Source: Haliotis rufescens (lineage: Eukaryota). From it: a stretch of DNA of 64,000 nucleotides. Numbering within the stretch: position 1 is the first letter of the stretch; each line of letters begins with the position of its first letter. The DNA is taken from positions 248,001 through 312,000 of the forward strand of contig NW_025964002.1 in assembly GCF_023055435.1 (NCBI RefSeq). Direction: 5' to 3'. Shown here piece after piece: positions 63,673 through 64,000 of this stretch. The position numbers and the translations under genes were made by a program. A model generated the notes under the pieces. That model saw nothing but the letters and a program-made list of their open reading frames with translations, did not search any database and had not been told where the DNA came from.

Positions 63673-64000
63673 GTAGGACTCCAAGAGTTGGGCTTCTGTT
63701 ACATCCTGTAGGTAGGGTGATGAAGTGCCGAGGACTGTATGACGAACCCGACAGCCACGGAATTGTGTTTTTTACTCCGTTACTCCCGAGCTCGTCACAC
63801 CGACATCGGCTTTTCGACCCTGCTACGACGGTAGAACTCCAAGAGTAGCCTTCTGTTACATCCTGTAGGTAGGGTGATGAAGTGCCAAGGACTGTATGAC
63901 GAACCCGACAGCCACGGAATTGTGTTTTTTACTCCGTTACTCCCGAGCTCGTCACACCGACATCGGCTTTTCGACCCTGCTACGACGGTAGAACTCCAAG
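63673..64000. repeat. ~157-158-bp tandem repeat (satellite), runs off the window end
   Basis: ACTCCAAG recurs at 63678, 63836 and 63993 with near-identical intervening sequence. Confidence 0.93.

Overview
Eukaryotic, AT-rich DNA made almost entirely of layered transposable-element debris. It is probably molluscan; the SINE families resemble gastropod/abalone SINEs, but this is inference. I found no intact host gene. The most notable structure is a decayed endogenous Maverick/Polinton-like virus on the minus strand (~22.3-30.7 kb). Its compact, intronless array runs: NADAR/YbiA-family hydrolase, small ORFs, retroviral-like integrase with chromodomain, minor capsid, basic ORF, major capsid, adenain-like protease, packaging ATPase and two hypothetical ORFs. 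No protein-primed DNA polymerase is visible. Other content: a complete-ended but defective DD34E Tc1; a Helentron-type endonuclease remnant; R4/Dong, Nimb/I (RNase H), CR1-like, L1/Tx1 and Penelope-like retroelement relics; a near-perfect 3 x 1,569-bp triplication of a dead CR1 5' half carrying a 2A-like motif; at least four SINE families, three of which share one 3' module and one of which has a non-tRNA, pseudoknot-like head; MITEs; and several minisatellites and a satellite. Boundaries of decayed elements are approximate, and family calls come from motif recognition by eye, not database searches.
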